Below, piece by piece: positions 60,936 to 64,000 of a DNA stretch of 64,000 bases (the first letter of the stretch is position 1; every line of letters starts with the position of its first letter). Source of the stretch: Octopus sinensis (Eukaryota); NCBI RefSeq assembly GCF_006345805.1, contig NC_042997.1, positions 101,928,001 to 101,992,000 on the forward strand, read 5' to 3'. The position numbers and the translations under genes were made by a program. The notes under the pieces are model-generated. The model was given only the letters and a program-made list of their open reading frames with translations. It did not search any database and had not been told where the DNA came from.

Positions 60936-61789
60936 TTTTAAAAATAATTTTAAAAAAATCATATATTATTATTTTAGGATGAAAGAAAAATGACATGCTG
61001 ATGAATAACATCACCGAGTGTAAAACCACTGCAGCCAATAAAAATCTAGGAGTGTGCACTCAATACTGGTTGCATGTTTGCCCTTCTAGAAACAGTAGTC
61101 AACATTTTCACAAACCACACCTTACCATCTTAAAAAAATGAGAACATATTGGATAGTGGAGTTCAGGGTACATTACTCCTAGAAAAGAAAGGTTTGTCAT
61201 CACTGGTATGCCATGATCAGCCTATCATATAATCATATGTCTACTAAATAAAGGCTGACTTCAGTCAAAGCAATAACAAGCATATTGCAATTGAAGTTGA
61301 AAAAGAAATGGATTCAGAATGATACCAGAAAAATGAATGTTTCTATAGCAGTGAACCATCGGAAATTTATAAGAAAAGGATACTTGCTATGTGGAAACTA
61401 TTGACAAGTTCTCAATCTAAGAACAATGATTAGTGGATCAAATATATTTAATTAAATGAAAAAAGTAATGATCTGGAGACTTCAGAAGGGAGTGTGATCA
61501 AATGCAAAAATTGCAGTTGGTAGTGAGGAGAAGGGAAATTATATTTATAATGTCTATAATGAGTTTGGTATTTGTTCCAGTCCAGTAAGGAAGACCCACA
61601 GTAGAGTATTTACTCAAGTCAAGTTGTAGGTATGTGAAATTTTTTACGACTTTATTCAATGGAACAACCCAACTCCTGCATTGAACCACTTCTAACCATG
61701 TTAAATAGTTTTAACCTTAAGATCATTGGACACAAGATTGTAAAAACATGCAGTGCTATAACAATATGAAAGTCGCAATGCCAACAACA

Positions 61790-63070
61790 ACAACAATAAT
61801 AATAATGGGAAAATATACATTATGTAAGAAAGAAATACTACAATACCAAGGCAAGAGTGATAAAGGATAATGTGGAAGAAGAGAACACAACTAATGAAAA
61901 AAGATTAGAAATTTTAGAAGGCTTAATGATATCAAAAGAAGAATATAAAGGGATTAGGAAACTTAAAGGAATAAGGAAGAATTACCAACCAAAATTAATT
62001 ACCATCATTAAGAAGAAGAGAAAATGCAGATAATCCTTGGAAGTAAGAAAATTTAATGACATCCTGAAAAAGACAAGTAAACATTACTAATACCAAAGTT
62101 CTGTTAAACAATGGATCTGCACTTGTCACAGATATGTTTGGTGTTGAATTTAAGGAAGTAAAAACATAAGTAATAGAGCCAAGGTGGAAAAGGTAACTGA
62201 AGGACAAGTAAAAGATCTTAAAAAAAAAAGGATCAGAGGCATCTTTCTCAATTTCTGAAAAGAGTATCAAAAAGGCTTATAGGAAATTACCTAGAGGGTA
62301 GATTAAAAGAATACAAAGAATGAAAACAAAAGAATATAAATAAATTAATTTCAACAATAGACAAAGCAGTGTAAATGAAACAGAATGAAGGCTTTGTTAT
62401 CATAAATGCTTAACCAGTATTATTTTGATTTATCCTTATCTGGCTCATTGTTTTTTTATTGTTTTTCTGTCCAGTTTAGATGCTGATAGAGTAACATGAA
62501 GGCAACATGAGTGGGGTCAAAAATGAACTGAAATCTGTAAGTAATGCACATTGAGGTGTATCCATGATACAGTGTTGATATACTGTTTATGCTGACAGAG
62601 GTGGGATACAGAAGGCTACTTCATACAGCACTTTCCACTTATAAATTTAATAAAATACACTAGAAAAGGGAAGAGAACTTTATATGTGCAACTGATATAA
62701 AATATGTTGAAACAGAAAAGGGATTACAAATAAAAGAAAAGGGAGAGGTTGTCTCAATGAAAAGAAAATGTGTGGCATGTACAGTTTTACCTGACAAACT
62801 GGAGATCTAAAGAGAGAGTAACAGTGGGGTTGTCTAAAAGTCAAAAGATTAAAGAGGGGAAACTGATAGCCTGATCATGGTTGTACAAGAACAATGATTT
62901 GAATAAACTTGTTAAATACTTAGTTATATTGAGTAATAATATAGGAAAGTGTTAACTGAGACTATTCTTGTATTGCAGACATGCAACCAATACAAGAGGT
63001 ATTTACAAGACCAAATTATTTGGATGAAGCAGGAACCTCTTGACATCAGGGAAAAAGATCATCAACACAA
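61790..63070 (+). mobile_element. highly decayed R4/Dong-like remnant
   Basis: Scattered motifs (LIMVVQEQ, ETILVLQTC); starts after an (AAC/AAT)n tract. Confidence 0.4.
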
Positions 63071-63087
63071 ATGTGAAGCTTCATCTA

Positions 63088-64000
63088 TTAGGTTGGCAAC
63101 TAAGTTCCTGCCATTTTACAAAATTTTTGAAATTATTGTGTTTTTAAATTTTGGAATCTATATTTTTTTCAAGAATTCTATTTTTGAATCATTTTGGAAT
63201 CTATTTTGTTTCTTTTCTAGTTAATTTTAGTTAGTTTTTGTTTATTTTCAGATCATTAAAATGGAATGTCAAGTTAGGAAAAACGAGTATTTCCGACTCC
63301 TCCTTCTTTTTGCTTTTAGTGAAGGTTCTAAGGCCGCAAGAATTGCTTGTGATTGGTATGCCAAGTTCAAAAAATGGAAATTTTGACCTCAAAGACGCAC
63401 CTCATTCTGGTTGTCCAGTTGAGTTTGATGAAGAATGATTAAACCACCTTTTGCACGAAAATTCTCGTCAAACTGCTTTGGAGAAGCATCTTCACTCGAT
63501 GGGAAAGGTTCAGAAGTATGGAGCATGGGTTGTGCATGCTTTAAGTGACAACAACAAAAATCAACGAGCTACAATCTCTGCTAGTTTGCTTGCTTGTCAT
63601 TGCTCAACTCATGGACACAAGCAACGATTTCTTTACTGAATCATTACTGGTGATGAAAGATGGTGCCTGTACATCAATATGAAGCAGTGTAAGGAATGGC
63701 TTAGCCCTGGTAAACAAGTGACACTGCACATGAAACAAGTTCTTCATCCACGTAAAATGATGTGTGTATGGTGGGACTGGGAAGGGATTATCCATTACAA
63801 ATTGCTTGAATGGAACGAAACGGTCAATGTGGAACTCAAAAGATGGAACGACTCAACACGACTATTCAAGAGAAATACCTAATCGGCAGCATGGAGTTCT
63901 TCTGCTGCATGAGAACGCCCGCCTTCATATCGCCAATATGACCAAGGAAGACATTCAAATGCATGGCTGGGAAGTGCTGCCACACCCACCATACTCTCCT
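63088..64000 (+). mobile_element. mariner (DD34D) transposon, pseudogenised, runs off the window end
   Basis: ta|ttaggttggcaactaagttc TIR; ATG at 63261; WVVHALS, IITGDERW, VWWDWEGIIHY, LHENAR, WEVLPHPPYSP; stops and frameshifts. Confidence 0.9.

Overview
AT-rich, microsatellite- and SINE-dense eukaryotic DNA. The repeat families resemble octopod cephalopod (Octopus) repeats as I recall them; this is inference, no search was run. One protein-coding gene spans most of the window on the minus strand: an SLC6/neurotransmitter:sodium symporter, amino-acid type and GlyT2-like in TM6. I reconstructed 14 coding exons by hand (54056 to 3026), all with GT-AG boundaries and matching phases, 4122 nt = 1373 aa plus stop. 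The start codon or first exon was not found. The 12-TM core is intact but is followed by an exceptional tail of about 765 aa carrying a TQT (LC8-type) motif, 16 copies of a 12-aa Ser-Pro repeat and a terminal class I PDZ-type motif (TKL). TM7 has Asp at the normally Asn Na1 position. Intron 8 holds a near-perfect 154-bp inverted repeat whose arms each contain a complete type I hammerhead ribozyme fold, consistent with a Penelope-like element. The introns also hold four tRNA-head SINE families (my labels A-D), RTE, R4/Dong-like, L1/Tx1-like and CR1-like LINE remnants, mariner and maT remnants, several MITEs with visible TSDs, a Helentron-like element and a 905-bp tandem duplication. Exon, hammerhead and TSD coordinates were counted base by base; most other repeat boundaries are approximate.
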